Below, piece after piece: positions 44,390-45,323 of a stretch of 45,323 bases of DNA. The translations under genes and the position numbers were made by a program. The first letter of the stretch is position 1; each line of letters opens with the position of its first letter. Origin of the DNA: Octopus bimaculoides (lineage: Eukaryota); the NCBI RefSeq assembly GCF_001194135.2, contig NC_068982.1, positions 5,979,634 through 6,024,956 of the forward strand, given 5' to 3'. Under the pieces are notes generated by a model. The model worked only from the letters and a program-made list of their open reading frames with translations. It was not told the DNA's origin and ran no database searches.

Positions 44390-44482
<93 letters not shown>

Positions 44483-44485
44483 ATG
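44383..44485. repeat. (CA)n microsatellite
   Basis: Direct reading. Confidence 0.95.
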
Positions 44486-45323
44486 CACGCCCTTTATCAA
44501 GAGAGGATTTGAATTTAGCAAAGCAGGTTAGCGAAATATACTCTGTGTATAATACTACACTCCCGCATTAACTGTGCTAAATAAACATTTACAACGAACG
44601 AGCAAAGCGTTTCATATTTGGGAGACGGCTAAATGAGATTTAAGTAACTTGGTCATAAACATACTCGCAACCTTTCGGTCAAAAAGCCAAGCCTCTGTCG
44701 ATTCGGTCAATCGTGATTTAACGGACAGAAAAAGAAATCACAGAGAAATCAGAAAGACGAAGAATATATGGAAATGGCGACCTGCTAAATGAAGGGAAAA
44801 CATGAAATAAATGAGATGAAGGAAAAAGTGAGTTGAAATGTCAATGTATTTTTAAACACAGGCATTTTTATTGTGTTTTATTGTGTTTTATTGCATTTAT
44901 GTTTTAGCAAGTTTCTGACTGTTGAGTCTAAGTCGTTTGGCTTTATTTATCTCATTGATAATAAGGAAAAAGGGTCAGACTTGGTCAGAGAGTATTTTGT
45001 ATGTTAAATAGGAGTGGTAAAGTAGTAGAAAGAGAGAGAGAGAGGGAGAGAGAGTGAGTGGAGGGAGAGTGGGAAAAGTGTCAATGGTAAATTAGAGCTT
45101 GTGGTGTGCTACATACAAGAAAAAAAAAGTCAAGTGGATTTAATGAGAAAATGGGAACGGGTCTGGGAGAATAGAGAATGAGAGAGGAGGTAGAGAATGA
45201 AAGGAAGAGAGAAAGAGAAAAACAAATCTGTGAACAGAGGAGAAAGAAGAAAATCTGAAACAAAAATGATGGAAAGCGCAGAAACGATCGAATTCATCCG
45301 ACAACCTAACACACACACACACA

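Overview
Eukaryotic, AT-rich, repeat-saturated scaffold DNA with short-read gaps next to microsatellites. The SINE families, the GCUUACGGC/GCUGUAAGC-type 5S copy and the mariner/LINE remnants look like a coleoid cephalopod, most likely Octopus (inference, no search run). No complete host gene is visible; there are only two candidate exons (29620-29682 and 35069-35155). Main content: (i) about 30 tRNA-derived SINE copies of three families, including tandem arrays and a recurrent dimer; (ii) decayed non-LTR retrotransposons of RTE, CR1, L1/Tx1, R4/Dong, HERO and Penelope (PLE) type, plus one intact L1/Tx1-like ORF1 with a CCHC knuckle; (iii) an internally deleted mariner and several foldback/MITE-like inverted repeats; (iv) a 5S rRNA copy directly upstream of a SINE. 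The main unexplained signal is a cluster of type I hammerhead ribozyme folds from several unrelated sequence families. One at 17350-17414 (-) has a fully canonical core, three real stems and an adjacent cUUCGg hairpin. Others (184-270, 6532-6577, 28957-29021, 3301-3346, 3873-3918) are minimal PLE-type motifs, mostly with short self-complementary helix III, and two independent families carry a U4C core change. All folds were derived by hand; activity is untested.
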